Assembly: GCA_964252035.1 (NCBI GenBank)
Contig: OZ176200.1
Direction: 5' to 3' (one strand)
Source: Podarcis erhardii
Taxonomy: Eukaryota
DNA length: 64,000 bases
Made by a program: the position numbers and the translations under genes
Part shown: piece by piece, positions 35,255 to 47,530 of the stretch
How the letters are laid out: every line of letters starts with the position of its first letter
How positions within the stretch are numbered: position 1 is the stretch's first letter
Notes under the pieces: generated by a model
What the model was told of the DNA's origin: nothing
The model's input: the letters and a program-made list of their open reading frames with translations, nothing else
Database searches by the model: none

Positions 35255-38072
35255 AACCTCATTTATTTCATATATGCAAGTTGATTTGCACATCTATAAA
35301 TAGGTATGCTTTTCAGTACATTTCACCTAGTTTTGATTATTTGTCTCTCTTGTGGTTCATAGAAGCAGTTGTGGTTGGGGGTTGGTTGGTTTCTGCATGG
35401 CAGTGTTGAAGCACATTCTGCTAATATGTGTGCCTTTTATTTTATTTTTTATTTTAAATTAATTGTGTGTTTGCGATGTGAACATTGCCTGAGCAATTAT
35501 AATGGAACACTAATTTGAGGATTTATATACTTTCTGTAAATATTGGTATGATTTATAAAGAGTATTTTTTAATATTGGAGAAAAGACAAAGCAAAAGTAC
35601 GTACTACAAGCTGCAACAACTCAAAGAGAATGCTACCTATTGATATTTGTACTTGAATGTTTGTGTCTAAACACAATGCGCTTATATATGATGCATTATC
35701 CATGCTAAATCTTAGTAAAGGAGGGAGGAGAGAATATAGTTAGCTAATGTCCATCTGCCTGGTCTTAAATGGTTTGGTAGTGTACTTTTCATGTTCCAAG
35801 TAACAGGAAATTGCTGACATCCAATATCAAAGAACTAGAAATGTAAATTGGTATGTACATGATTTTTCTCTCTCTCAAAAGAATGCAGTTCAGTATGTTC
35901 TTCTATAAATTACTAGTACTTCACTGGCATGATCTTTTGAAGAAATAGGTTATTTTCTTGAAGTTCTTAGCACAAACTTTCGCAGGTATGAAGGCGCTCC
36001 TGTTAAGTTCTTCACATTTAGTAGTATGTAAGGTTGACCACATGAGCACTCAAGAAGTTGTTTAGAGAGAAAAGTCCCCTCCTCTTTTTCTTCAAAGGAG
36101 GTGTAATTGCTCATCCCTGTAGCATCAGATGCTGCATGTCCCCTAGCTCAAGTTTACACAGCTACCATGGCATGCTATGTGCTTCTAACGTTTGCACCAC
36201 TCTGGTAGAATAAGGATTATCAGAAGCCTAACACCAAGTCACAAGGAGCAGCCCAACCTTCTCAAGCAAGCAAGTGCACAAAGACTGGTGTTGTATGGGT
36301 CTACCTATGCACTTCCTTAAAAACAGAGTCAGATATATTACAGGATAAATTTAAAAGTGGTGACACTTGCAATCTGAGTAGCACTGGACTTCCTTCTTTT
36401 TACAAATTGCCACAGAGAAGAACCTTGCCTACCAACGTGACTGAACACTCGCATGTTATTTTGTCAGTGTGGCTCTGGTTATATAGCTGTCCAATATGGA
36501 GAATTTTTAGAGTGTGTAAGTAGGCCCTAAATCAATTTCTCTGAAAAGTCTATGGAAACTTCCATTTGTAACTGGGGATAAAAATGTATTTAGCATTGTA
36601 ATTAATCATTCAGCATTTTATACCTTGATGGTACGATGCCCACTGGTTGTCTGACAGGCTGCTTAGTTTTTAAAAAAGTACTTGGGAGCAATTCAGGGAC
36701 AGTTCACTACGTTTTCCCCCCAATAACTTTTGTTGCAAAAGTTCTGAGGCACACAATTGAATTAACTACATAACGCAGTGGCCTCCCCGTAATTAGTGCC
36801 TTTGTTTTTGTATTTTTGACAGTGAGCTTTCTAAAGAAGGTTCTGAATTGAAAAGGGTGTTGTGACTGCTACAAAATCACTGTGCATTCACAATGGATGT
36901 TAGTACTAGTAGTTGTGATGGGTTATGCCTGAAGATTATAAATCTCAATAGGTTTCATATAATACTAGATCATTGCTTCCAGCCTTTTGGGCAAAGTAGA
37001 GGCCATTCATATTCTAGGTAACTCCTGTTTATTTAGTGCAACAAGTGAAGAGAGTTATTGTTGAGAAGGCATTTATAGGTGTTTTAAGCTGGTTATGCAG
37101 TATGTCCTCTGGCTTTGATTATATACGGTGCTCTAGATGACTGTTGTCAAATGCAACAAGCAATTGCAATTGTCATGCAAGGTTTTTTTAAAAAAAATAA
37201 GTATCAACATGCAGAATTGTCCATAGCCAATTAATGTACTTAGTAATAGCTGGTCCCTTGAACCCTTTGATAAAAATCTTATCTTTCATTCACAATAAGA
37301 ACCTTTAAAAACAAGTCTTATTCAAGGGAGGCATCTTCCAACAATCTATCAAATGGCTTTTCCTTTTTTAAAAAACACAAAAATTGGGTGTTTTGCTGTT
37401 AACAGCATTAGGTGCTCCTTGAACCCAATTCCCCTAGCATACACCTAATATGAAACCATATGGATGCTATAGCTATTATTTTACTTTGATTGGTTCTCAG
37501 CAGTTTTAAATGATTCGTGTGGTTTCTGCTTTGCTAAAGGAACCCTATACACCATTTTTATAGATTGTCTTTTTGCTTTATTAACTCTAAAGTTATTGAT
37601 AAAAAAAATTAAGTACCATTCCAACTTAAATTATTGGTGCCATCACTTTAAATTTCATAGGTACACAGAAAGAGACATTTTCAAGGTCTTTTTGCATTCT
37701 CTTCCACCAGAACAACCTTGCAAGGAAATTCAGGAACAGGTGCATCCTTCCAACCCATGCCAATTTGTATCACGTTAACCTTCCTTCCACATGAAACTAG
37801 ACTAATTCAAAATAACTGAAATTACAACCTCCTGCTTATAATGTTGCAAGAATAATTAGGCTTGTTCTGCAGAAAACATAGTAACTAGTCACTCAGGTGC
37901 TTGAACTAGAAATTGCCTTAAGGCAGTGCTGTGGACCCGGTAGTCCTCCAGCTTTTACTGCAGTCCCATTATACCTGACCACTGCTGATGCCAGTCAGTG
38001 CTGATAGGATTTGGGAGTCCAGCAGCACCTGGAAAGCAAGAGAGTGGCTATTTAAGAAGCTTTGCTCATGGC

Positions 38073-38198
38073 TAGCACTATCTTTATAGGAAAAGATGCT
38101 GGAACTCACCCTGAACACCTCCCTTGTTCTCTTATGGCAATGGCACCCACCTGAGAGGTGCCAGAACTGAATTCCGGCTGGGACAAAAAAAAATCCTG
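38073..38198. mobile_element. Short hAT-type MITE
   Basis: Perfect 8-bp TSD ctcatggc at 38065-38072 and 38199-38206; internal ggaactcacc...gagaggtgccagaactga resembles a common lacertid MITE as recalled. Confidence 0.8.
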
Positions 38199-38574
38199 CT
38201 CATGGCGTACAGTGCAGCTAGGCTTTCTTTTTCTCAAAGCTGGTTTAGGGAAAAGCACATCAGAATGCAGCATTTTATATGAAACAACAGGGCAGATATG
38301 AATTGCAGCTAAACATCATGTGCACACCACTTCCCAAACCAGGAGTGTACTGGATACAAAGTAAACAGGCATGTATACAATGCCCAAACTACTTCTCATT
38401 ATGCTTAAGTGCAGATATTTTAACAGCCACAGTTAAGCAGTCAGAATCAATTTAAAGCAACTAAAATTACTGTCTAGTTTCAATTGAGCATTCTCTGTTG
38501 TCCTTTGTTTTACTAGGATAGGTAGCAGTTATTGTGGAGTGAATGTAAATGAGGAATCAGACCACACAGCATAC

Positions 38575-38770
38575 ATGACTAGCATATAAAATAAGAGCCT
38601 GCTGGATCAGGCCAATGGCCCCTCTAGTCCAGAATCCTGTTCTCACAGTGGCTGAACAAGTTGCATATGGAAAACTAATGCAACAGGAGAATTTCAGACC
38701 TAAGACTCACACCTGCAGCAACTTCCACATTCCATCTGCTGTAAACAATTGGGTTCTAATGGCCAGTATT
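38575..38770 (-). mobile_element. Old CR1-type 3' end remnant
   Basis: ataagagcctgctggatcaggccaatggcccctctagtccagaatcctgttctcacagtggc; a related + strand remnant lies near 49288-49340. Confidence 0.6.
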
Positions 38771-40198
38771 GATCTCTCTCTCTTATCTGTGCTTCTTTCT
38801 ATTTACTCCAGTCTCCTGGATTTGATTTCCAGTACCTTAAGCTTCTTATACCAAGTCTGATACTTTGCTCATGCTTTGCTGCTTCTTATTCTAAAATTTT
38901 CTAAATCTCTTCTGGATGTAAAATTCCCATAGTAAAGACTGAACATATTGTGCATAAATTGACTATATAACAGAGCAGGTAGGAAGGTCAGTCAATATAT
39001 TGCAAATGTTAAAGTGTGTGTGTATATATGTGTTATGCTATAGAAATAGCATATACAAGATGGATGTACCTTACTATTATATCTTACCGAGTACTATATA
39101 TTCAGGACACTGAATGATGCTACTTAACTATGCCCTGTCATTTTATATTTATATAAATGAATTAATTTCCTTTATATTGATGTGTACATGAAGGTACCAG
39201 CTTTGCTTAATAATCCACCATTTGGAGTGTGTTTGTATCAAGTGACCCCCCCCCCTACAATTATGAAAGTGACTTCTTATATTAGAATTGGCCATATGCT
39301 GTATATAGCAGTAGGTGTTTATGGGACACTTTGAATTGCTAGTCCTAATTAAACTTTTCCTTGAACCCAGTGCCACAGGGCAAATAGTTTACAATACGAC
39401 TTTTCAAAGGAAAGAAACCTACCAGTTCCAAGGACTGTTTGCCAGGTGTATGTAAATTCTTTCACCTACATAATGCATCGGTAACACCCGCCCCACTGAG
39501 AGGTACTGGCAAACCATGCAGAAGGCTTGCATAGTTTACTGAAACCTGGGTTCTAAGCAAATGGCATTGTTTTTGTCTGACAAAACAAAGCTTACCTCCC
39601 AACTTGGACTTGTCCTATTTTTAGAACAGAAAGCGGTGAGTAGTACATATATTCACCACTCTCCTGTTTCACTAAAATAAGCTAAGCAATCCACAGCCGG
39701 GGTCAAGATCACAACATTAACATTTGGCTAGTAAGAGAAACCCTAAAAAAAAAGTAAGTAGTGGGTTTTTTTCAGAAGTGTGCAACAGAGAATAGCAAGT
39801 CACTGACTATCTCTATAAATACAACATTGAAAGTCAAAATATTGTTTGTAATAAGAAGTAAAGTGTTAGCTTCCCAGTTCTGAGTACTGTTCAGCAGAGT
39901 AGTAGGTTAAGGTTTAATAAGGATTTTAATCTGTTTCACAAGCACTGATTATGTTTTTTAAAACAATACATGCTTGAAATTTTGTGCGGGGGTTTTATTT
40001 CTTAAATTGTGTTCCGTTATATTTTGTTTAAGCAGGTTGCTTCACAGCAAGTAACTGTAAAATTAGAAGATTAACAACATGGGAAACTTAAAACCAAGGT
40101 GTAAATATGTCTGTATTCTCATGGCTGACAATGCTTCCTTCCCCCACCCCCACCCCCACCAACTGTTGTAGGGCAAACTAGGGAAAATTTTATTTTTC

Positions 40199-40204
40199 AA
40201 TAAA
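40199..40204 (+). terminator. Candidate distal MGAT5 poly(A) signal
   Basis: AATAAA with a U-rich upstream tract (ttttattttc) and a GU/U-rich downstream tract (tttttcttgtgtgactgcgttgttttc). Confidence 0.5.
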
Positions 40205-41136
40205 CTTTTTCTTGTGTGACTGCGTTGTTTTCACCCTTTCTTTCTTCCATCCAACCACACTGTGCTTGACAATAAAATTAAGATCAGAGTTTTATTATAA
40301 AGGACTCTGATAGTTATTAAAACAGAGGAAGCCAAAAGCACACTTTTCCTTCTTTCAAGAATTGAACCTCTCTGCTTTCATTTTTCTGCTTTTGGTTTTT
40401 TTTAAAAAGAGGGATAGTTACATTGCATAATAGACTATCTTGCCAATGCAACTGATATTCTCCTGCTATAAAATTCATGAAAACAGCCTTACACATATGA
40501 GTGTGCAGCCTGGTTGATGGTTTCACAGCACAAGCTCTGTAAGCCTGAAACAAAGGTGTCAGAAAAACAGTAGAAGGCGTAAATATGTGCCCAAGTATGA
40601 ATATCAGTTGCAATACCAATTAATCTATACACCATGGGGGCTGCCAGCTCTTGGTACATTTTGTACCAAGCTCTTGGGGCCTGTTGGTACATTTGCTTAT
40701 GGGCTTTAACTAAATGCATGGTGCGACTATTCTGTTTACTATACAATCAATGCTTCTTTCAAGGCTGGGAGAGGAGATGCTGCGGCCTCTTGGGAATACC
40801 TCCATTGGCACAGGTATGCCCACTGGTACCATATTGGCAATCCGTGCTGTACACCAAGGGATCTTTATTTAACCATGCCGAACACACATACACAGCTGGG
40901 ATCCTAAGCTTTTTGTAACAGATCCCTCCTAGAGTGGGAGAAAATATTTGCATCATTTCTACCAACTGACCCCATATGTTGCTGTAGTGGACTAGATGCC
41001 AAATGTGTTTAACAGGGTTTCTCTGGAGGAAATTATAGACCCGATTTCTTATGAGAATCCTCATTTCTGAGGTGGTAAGGTGTCATGTAGAGAATGAACT
41101 TCATTGTTAACACTGTCAGACAACCTTCAACAAGTA

Positions 41137-41397
41137 CCGTATTTTTTGCTCTATAAGATTCACTTCTTCCCACCTAAAAAGTAAGGGGAAATGTTGTGTG
41201 CGTCTTATGGAGCGAGTGCAGGCTGCACAGCTATCCCAGAAGCCAGAACAGCAAGAGGGATTGCTGCTTTCACTGCACAGCGATCCCTCTTGATGTTCTG
41301 GCTTCTGAGATTCAGAATTTTTTTTTTTCTTGTTTTCCTCCTCCAAAACCTAGGTGCATCTTGTGGTCTGGTGCATCTTATAGAGCGAAAAATACGG
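41137..41397. mobile_element. Tc2-like (TcMar) MITE, copy 2, opposite orientation
   Basis: Same TIRs, TA TSD and internal hairpin as 6789-7030. Confidence 0.85.
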
Positions 41398-41983
41398 TAG
41401 TTTCAGGCAATTGCACTTCAGTGTTTTTTAATTGGAGATAAGCATTTTTTAAATAAAAATGTTTAATGCCTACTCCTACTACCATCAGTCTCACGTTTTG
41501 AGTTCTGTGCAGATTTACGATATAGCAGGTGTAAGAAAAAACATATAAAAGAAGGGTAGAGGAGTTGCTGTGTTGGCTACTCAGTATGTAACTACTGGAT
41601 ATGTAAGCTTTTATTCCACATACGTATTTCTGTGGAAGCAGCTGCTTGGGTAAACGTCTCATTTCTACCTTTGCAAAATGCAGTATCAAAACAGTAAGAG
41701 GTACGAAGTTATGTTTTGATAATTTCTGCATACTCACCAAATGTTAAACTCATGTAGAAAGGGCTTCATAGCTGAAAAAATGGCAGCAACATTTCAGAGG
41801 GCTTTTCTACAAGATGACTTGTTCTATTGAGGAAGCAATCTTGAACACACTTACAAGTTAGTAAGCACCACTGAAGACAGCAGGACTTTACTTTAAATAA
41901 GTACATAGATTGTATTGTTAATGTATTATCTAGAGAGCTATTTTAAAGGTTAATTACAGGTACTGTATAAAATAGGTAACAGC

Positions 41984-41989
41984 TTTATT
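41984..41989 (-). terminator. Candidate TMEM163 poly(A) signal
   Basis: Plus-strand tttatt, i.e. AATAAA on the minus strand, ~1 kb after the stop. Confidence 0.55.
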
Positions 41990-42574
41990 GATTTACATGA
42001 TGGGAGTCATAACTTGTAATCCAGATATTAAATTACATAAGATGGTGGGTGGGAACATGGAACACCTACAAAATAGCCTAACTAACAGTAGAAAGGCTAT
42101 CTTACTACCACCTTGAAACCATCACTTTTACCAGACAACAGGACACCCATGTATTTACCCATATATACCGCTACATAAGTGCATAATACAGCCATAGACA
42201 TATAATCAAAAACTACCCCCTCTTGCTTTTTTGGCTTTTGCCTGTACATTAACACCTTGTGCTTATTTTGTCTGTGCAGCTTAATATATATTTCATAACG
42301 TGTTGCTTCATATTTATGCAGTGCAGAGAATTTTAGAAAATAGTATGAAATTCACATTAGATTCTTTGAATTTAAAAATGGAGCAGTTTGGGAAAGGGGG
42401 TTGATTTGAGGCTGGGGGGGGGGGGATTAATTCCATGCATCAAGTAGTGTCTGTTGGCCCCCATAAGCTAAGTACAATACCACTGAGTTCTGTGCAGAAG
42501 ACATTGGGAATGTCTCATTTGCTGGCACATTCTGGAACGTTGGTGGCAACGTAACTAAAGGCCATCTCTTGTCT

Positions 42575-42650
42575 ATATTAGATGCAGTAGTAGTCTCTTG
42601 TCTATAGAAGCTCATGCCACAATAAACCTGTTAGTCCTTAAGGTGCCATG
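42575..42650 (+). mobile_element. Decayed Penelope-like terminus inside the TMEM163 3'UTR
   Basis: gaagctcatgccacaataaacctgttagtccttaaggtgcc resembles the recalled reptile repeat ctgatgaag...cgaaagctcatg...aataaa..gttagtc.ttaaggtgccac. Confidence 0.45.
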
Positions 42651-43036
42651 GTAAAAGACTACTGTGGCTGTGCCCTCTCGGGTTTGGCTCCTTTATACAG
42701 GCATCTGTTGTGCTGAAGAACTCTTAATATTCCAGAAGACAAAACATGGTGGCTTGATTAGAACTGTGCACTTTGCTCATCTCAGTTACCATTAGCAGGA
42801 TTTTAAATAGCACACACAAAAGAAAACGGCTGCTTGTTGCTACTTTTGCCAAGATCTAAGCGGTGTACATATTTGCCTAATTGTACAGATTGACCTTTTC
42901 TTGGAAATATAATGTAAAAAGAAAATATACCATGAGAAACAAAGTGCAATCTTGTAAATATAATTGGCACCGTTTGCCAGGATGTAGTACGTTATCACAT
43001 TTTGCAAAATTTTATTCAGTCCATGGTGCTCTGTCT

Positions 43037-43097
43037 TTATTCAAACATTTCATAATGACGTGTTTGCCGTACACGAGGAACCATGTCCACAAGTAGT
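43037..43097 (-). CDS. TMEM163: TMEM163 terminal coding exon: LLVDMVPRVRQTRHYEMFE-stop
   Basis: tttccAG acceptor; 61 nt to TAA at 43039-43037; C-terminus RVRQTRHYEMFE as in human. Confidence 0.97.
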
Positions 43098-43491
43098 CTG
43101 GAAATGAAAGCACATGTTGATGAAGGACAAAAGTCACAAGTTGTAAGCAGAAAATCATGGACAATGGTGCTGGAAGATTTTTGAGAATATATCTTTGTAT
43201 ACTATCCGGAGCTCAACCACTGCAAGTAGATTTTGATAAGGTGGATTCTAAAAGGTGTTCTAAGCAAGGCATGCAATTGTAAGTCACCCAATACTTTGAT
43301 ATTTAAGCAATGAAACTTTGTAGTAATAAGGTAGTAAGGGCAATGGTAAATAATGACGGTACATCTCAGGAAATGGTGTTGAGGTTGCTACCCCATGCCT
43401 CAAGCATCATATACAAGGAACAGATCATCACAGTATCTCTTAAGCATGCAAACACAAAGAATAAGGTGAAAAAAGAAACAACTTCACTTAC

Positions 43492-43633
43492 TTCGCTCCA
43501 TAGGCAAATATTGTCAGTCCAATTAGAACACCTATACTTCCATCCAGGTACCAAACAGCAGCATTGTGTTTAAAAACCTCCGCACTTATAAGTATGGAGA
43601 ATCCCATTATTCCTCCTACCAGAGAGTTGAAAC
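43492..43633 (-). CDS. TMEM163: TMEM163 coding exon (exon 7 equivalent): GFNSLVGGIMGFSILISAEVFKHNAAVWYLDGSIGVLIGLTIFAYGAK
   Basis: atttcAG acceptor and GTaagt donor; 142 nt; not in the ORF track. Confidence 0.97.
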
Positions 43634-44198
43634 CTGAAATAAAAAGTATAAATTTAGACTTGTCTAAGAACTAAAGAGTTTGCTCATGAGTTTAATGAGT
43701 TACATGTGTACCATTGTCAACTCATAAAATAAACCCACTAAGAAATTTAAGCTTTTCCAGGTACTGGCCACAAGATGTCACTCTGATCATGTGTCTCACA
43801 TGAAAATACTGACCACTTTGATACTGCAAGGTGTCTTTTTTATCAGACTTTGCTTATGTTTACATTATGATAGTTAGGAATCTAGGATAAGTGCAGAGAA
43901 CATGCATCTTCCTTCATCACAGAGCTTGTTCTGTAGGTTTTAAGGAAACCTACACCAGCTTGGCTAACTCTCAACCACCCTTCATTGCCTTTTCCCTGGA
44001 GGTCTCTCTATATAGAGAGCCAGAATGTCTGAGCCTTTAGGAATTCATAAAGGCTCAAGTAATCCTCTGCATCCAAGTGCTAAGGATGGTTTTTGTATTC
44101 ACTGCAGTGCCTTGGAATTTCTACCATTCATCCCACCTTTGAATAGTTAATACTTGTACTTCAAACTACTCCATTTCTTCCTAGTTCTCACTCAGGTA

Positions 44199-44545
44199 AA
44201 GGTAAAGGGAGTCCTGACCATTAGGTCCAGTCGTGGACGACTCTGGGGTTGTGGCGCTTATCTCGCTTTATTGGCCGAGGGAGCTGGTGTACAGCTTCCG
44301 GGTCATGTGGCCAGCATGACTAAGCCACTTCTGGCGAACCAGAGCAGCACACAGAAACGCCGTTTACCTTCCCGCTGGAGCGGTTCCTATTTATCTACTT
44401 GCCCTTTGACGTGCTTTCAAACTGCTAGGTTGGCAGGAGCTGGGACTGAATGGGAGCTCACTCCGTCGTGAGGATTCGAACCACCAACCTTCTAATCGGC
44501 AAGCCCTAGGCTCAGTGGTTTAGACCACAGCGCCACCTGCGTCCC
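44199..44545 (-). mobile_element. Full-length Sauria SINE (Squam1)
   Basis: Minus-strand head gggacgcaggtggcgctgtggtctaaaccactgagc...; (accttt)n tail; 12-bp TSD ctcactcaggta at 44187-44198 and 44547-44558. Confidence 0.93.
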
Positions 44546-46133
44546 ACTCACTCAGGTACCCACACCATTTTACAGAAATGCGAATCAGGCATTCTAACTT
44601 CTCTCTGTAATGCAGTTTCGCTCTATGCATGTCTATCCAGCATCTTCACACCCTATTGGTAATTAGATTCCTCCCATCTCTGCTGCCTCTTAGGGTGCTG
44701 GTCCAAGCAGAATGCTGTCTTTGGGTGCTTCCATATGTGGGCCAATAGGCATTTCAGATCAGACTGCTATGTGTGTATTCAACATGTTAGTTTCCACACA
44801 TTCCTGTTTGTTTCCCCCCAGTCATGGCTATTCATTGCTGTTTCACTGCTTGCCACTCACACTAGAAGATGGAGGTTGCTGGAATGACTCGAGGGCTTTT
44901 TGGTTGTACACTCAAGTTACTCCTACCCTACCATTCATTGCTTTTTCTGTTCTGGGCATGCCCTGAGGCACTGATGCACTTTGCCCTCACCACCTAATCA
45001 TATGCATTAAGGTGTCAAATGTGTGCTGGGAGGGGGGGTGCCTTATTTCATGAGCACCCAATCTCTTGCTGGGGATGGGCCACCGAAGATCCCCTTGGGA
45101 GGGAGATCACTGGAATGAAAAATACTTAAAAGGGCAATAAAAATAACAAAAGCACCCTACTTCAACTCAGCCTAATGGCAATCAGCCTTCCCTTGTTTAC
45201 CATACTAACACCTAGGGATGCTAGGTACCTATCTGGCTGGCCACGAGATGTCTCTCCTGTGCAGCGAGAAGTCTTTGAGAAATTGCAGTCCTGACTAGTG
45301 CTGGTGAAACATAAAATACCGCCTTGCCTGTTGTGCTGTTGCTGTTCTATCCATGTTTCGAAGGGGCTACTAATTATACTGCACAACAAATTGATATTTA
45401 TTTTACTTAACAGAATTGGTATACCGCTTTACAAAGCAGTTTACAAAGAATACAGTTTGGACTGTGGGAATCATCACAAACAGAAGAAAGCTTGGAGAAT
45501 GGGACTTGCCTACCCTCCATCCCAGCCCCCCCCCCCCCCCCCGCTTTGTAATTTGATTATTTTCAGATTCTAATGAAATTTGCATTTGGAGAGAAAAGGA
45601 TTAATGATGCCAGAGTGGCTGCTTAAAGTTCCTTAATAGTCAAGCCGCCAGCCTCATCCTTTGTTAGAAAAGTTACAGGTAAATAGCCCAGAATCCCCAA
45701 GGAAATAGAGTTAAGAAGCATATCTCCAAACTAAGGACAACCTTAAGCAAGTGTGTACATGCACACATTTGCCCATAGAAAGATATAGACAGAAACAAAG
45801 AAAACTGCAGTTCGAATCAGGAAGGCAGAATGAGCTTTTGGAGATCTGATGTAGGAGCAGTGATTTCAATAATGTTATTCTGTCTCCACCTATGCTCAGC
45901 TTGTGTATCTGGAAATAACTTGAATATTACCAAAAAAACCACCTATTAAATCACAATGATTTATTTTCCAAAGGCAGCCAGACCTGGATGAGCACTGCCC
46001 CTAGAAGATTTCATCACTTGGAGAAATGGTAGTGTACATAATACTATTCCTGGGTTCACCTTATGTGTCAGTAGCAAGGTCTGTCCAAAACATTTGGGTA
46101 CCTAAGGTGGACGTCCAAATGGCACTCCCCCTC

Positions 46134-46390
46134 CAGGGGCAGAGGAAGGGGGTGTGGTGGGTGCAGAACGCCCTAGGTGTCACCACTGAGGGGGATGACA
46201 AAATGCCGAGCGGCGCTCACCTGGGAGAGACGCTGTGGCTTGGGTGCACACAAGCTCTGCGCTGCCCAAATGGTCCGCCCACTGCCTCCCCCACCCCAGC
46301 TGTAGGGCAGCTGAGTGGGAGGAGGCAGGCAGACTCCCGAAGCCCCATGGCACGGCACCCCAGGCGCCCAAGCAGTTTCCTCTGCTGCTA
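46134..46390. mobile_element. GC-rich non-autonomous hAT-like element
   Basis: Termini caggggcagaggaa / ttcctctgctgcta; flanks tccccctc / cccccctc match at 7 of 8 positions. This element accounts for the ORF cluster at 46026-46539. Confidence 0.7.
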
Positions 46391-47530
46391 CCCCCCTCAC
46401 CAGGGAAGAAGGGGTGAGGGAAGATTTACAACAGTGGTGGTGGAATCTGCTGTCCTGGTGGTTCATGCTGCCTGAAGCAGTTACCTCACCTTGGCTCATG
46501 GGTGGGCTGGCCCTGATCAGCAGCAATTTACCAGGGTAAATAGATAGTTCAGTTATCTATTGTTATCCACAAGTCTCTGCCTGCTGACCAGGTTCCATCT
46601 TGAGCCTTCCCAGATACCATATTGTCTCTGTTAACTTGAGAACATTGGCAAGCATAATATATGCCTCCTCACTTAGCATGTTTTTAAACAATTAACTAAG
46701 ACTAAATACACAAGACATCTGCAGACTTAAAAAAAGAAATCCCTGTTAGATAGAAAATGCTGAATTCTGCACCCCACTCTGTGCTGTCTAAAAGAAACTT
46801 ACAGTTCCACAGGCTGTCACGGCAGGAAGCAAATTAACAGGAATCAGAAAAGTGCTAACATACTAATTCACTTTGTGCAACTGCTGCTTCCACCCCCTTG
46901 CTGTATTGCTTGCTTGTGGGTGAGAATCTCACCCTCCCAAAGATTATATTCCACCAAAAGCCAAAAATACAAAGAGAGAAATCTGTGCGTAGCTACCTGA
47001 CTAAAATAGCTTGAATGCACAGACACCAGGCTAATTACAGAGTTCAGTCTCTAATTTAGCTAACAATGAAATCAGCAGCAACACAATTATCACGACAACG
47101 TAATTAATGGAAGAGAAGTTCCCCAGCTATTTGCAAAATGCGGGACTAGTTGAAAACACTGGTAATCGTGGCCTATTAAACAGGTAGAGAAGTGGAACAA
47201 AACATTCCATCAGTTTTACCTCTGAGCCAATTCAGATGGTCTTATCTTGATTTAATAAGCAGAGATATGAATGAGCCTTTTTTATCAACACACACAACCG
47301 CTTTGTGCGAGCTGCAATTAAACCCAGAAGTCTCTAATTTCCAGTTTTGAGGAAACTGACATCTGGTGAAACTACGGTCACCAGCTCTTAACAAGCCAGG
47401 GTATTTAAACAAAACTTCCAACCATGGATAGAGACTTCCTGGTTTAAATCACGACTGGAGAAAGGGTCTGCACAGACAGGCAAAAACTCCTTAATATTTG
47501 GCTTATTCATCAGCTGAAACAACTGTTATA

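Larger units (their letters stand above)
31999..40230 (+). other. MGAT5: MGAT5 3'UTR; true end uncertain, with candidate poly(A) signals from 32747 to 40276
   Basis: Follows the stop codon; AT-rich and TE-poor. AATAAA at 32747, 33821, 35024, 35249, 40199 and 40271. The extent is inferred. Confidence 0.45.
41960..43036 (-). other. TMEM163: TMEM163 3'UTR (~1.05 kb)
   Basis: Runs from the stop codon to a minus-strand AATAAA at 41984-41989; the cleavage site is inferred. Confidence 0.55.

Noticed and set aside
40317-41064. Three staggered minus-strand ORFs as an endogenous viral element or retrogene
   Set aside because: No viral, RT or host motif recognised; a tBLASTn/HMM search would settle it.
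43017-43032. REST/RE1-like site beside the TMEM163 stop (cagtccatggtgctct)
   Set aside because: Three mismatches fall at core positions of CTGTCCNNGGTGCTGA.
46026-46539. Dense cluster of overlapping ORFs (likewise 51524-52033)
   Set aside because: Arises from GC-rich, stop-poor MITE interiors that have TIRs and TSDs.
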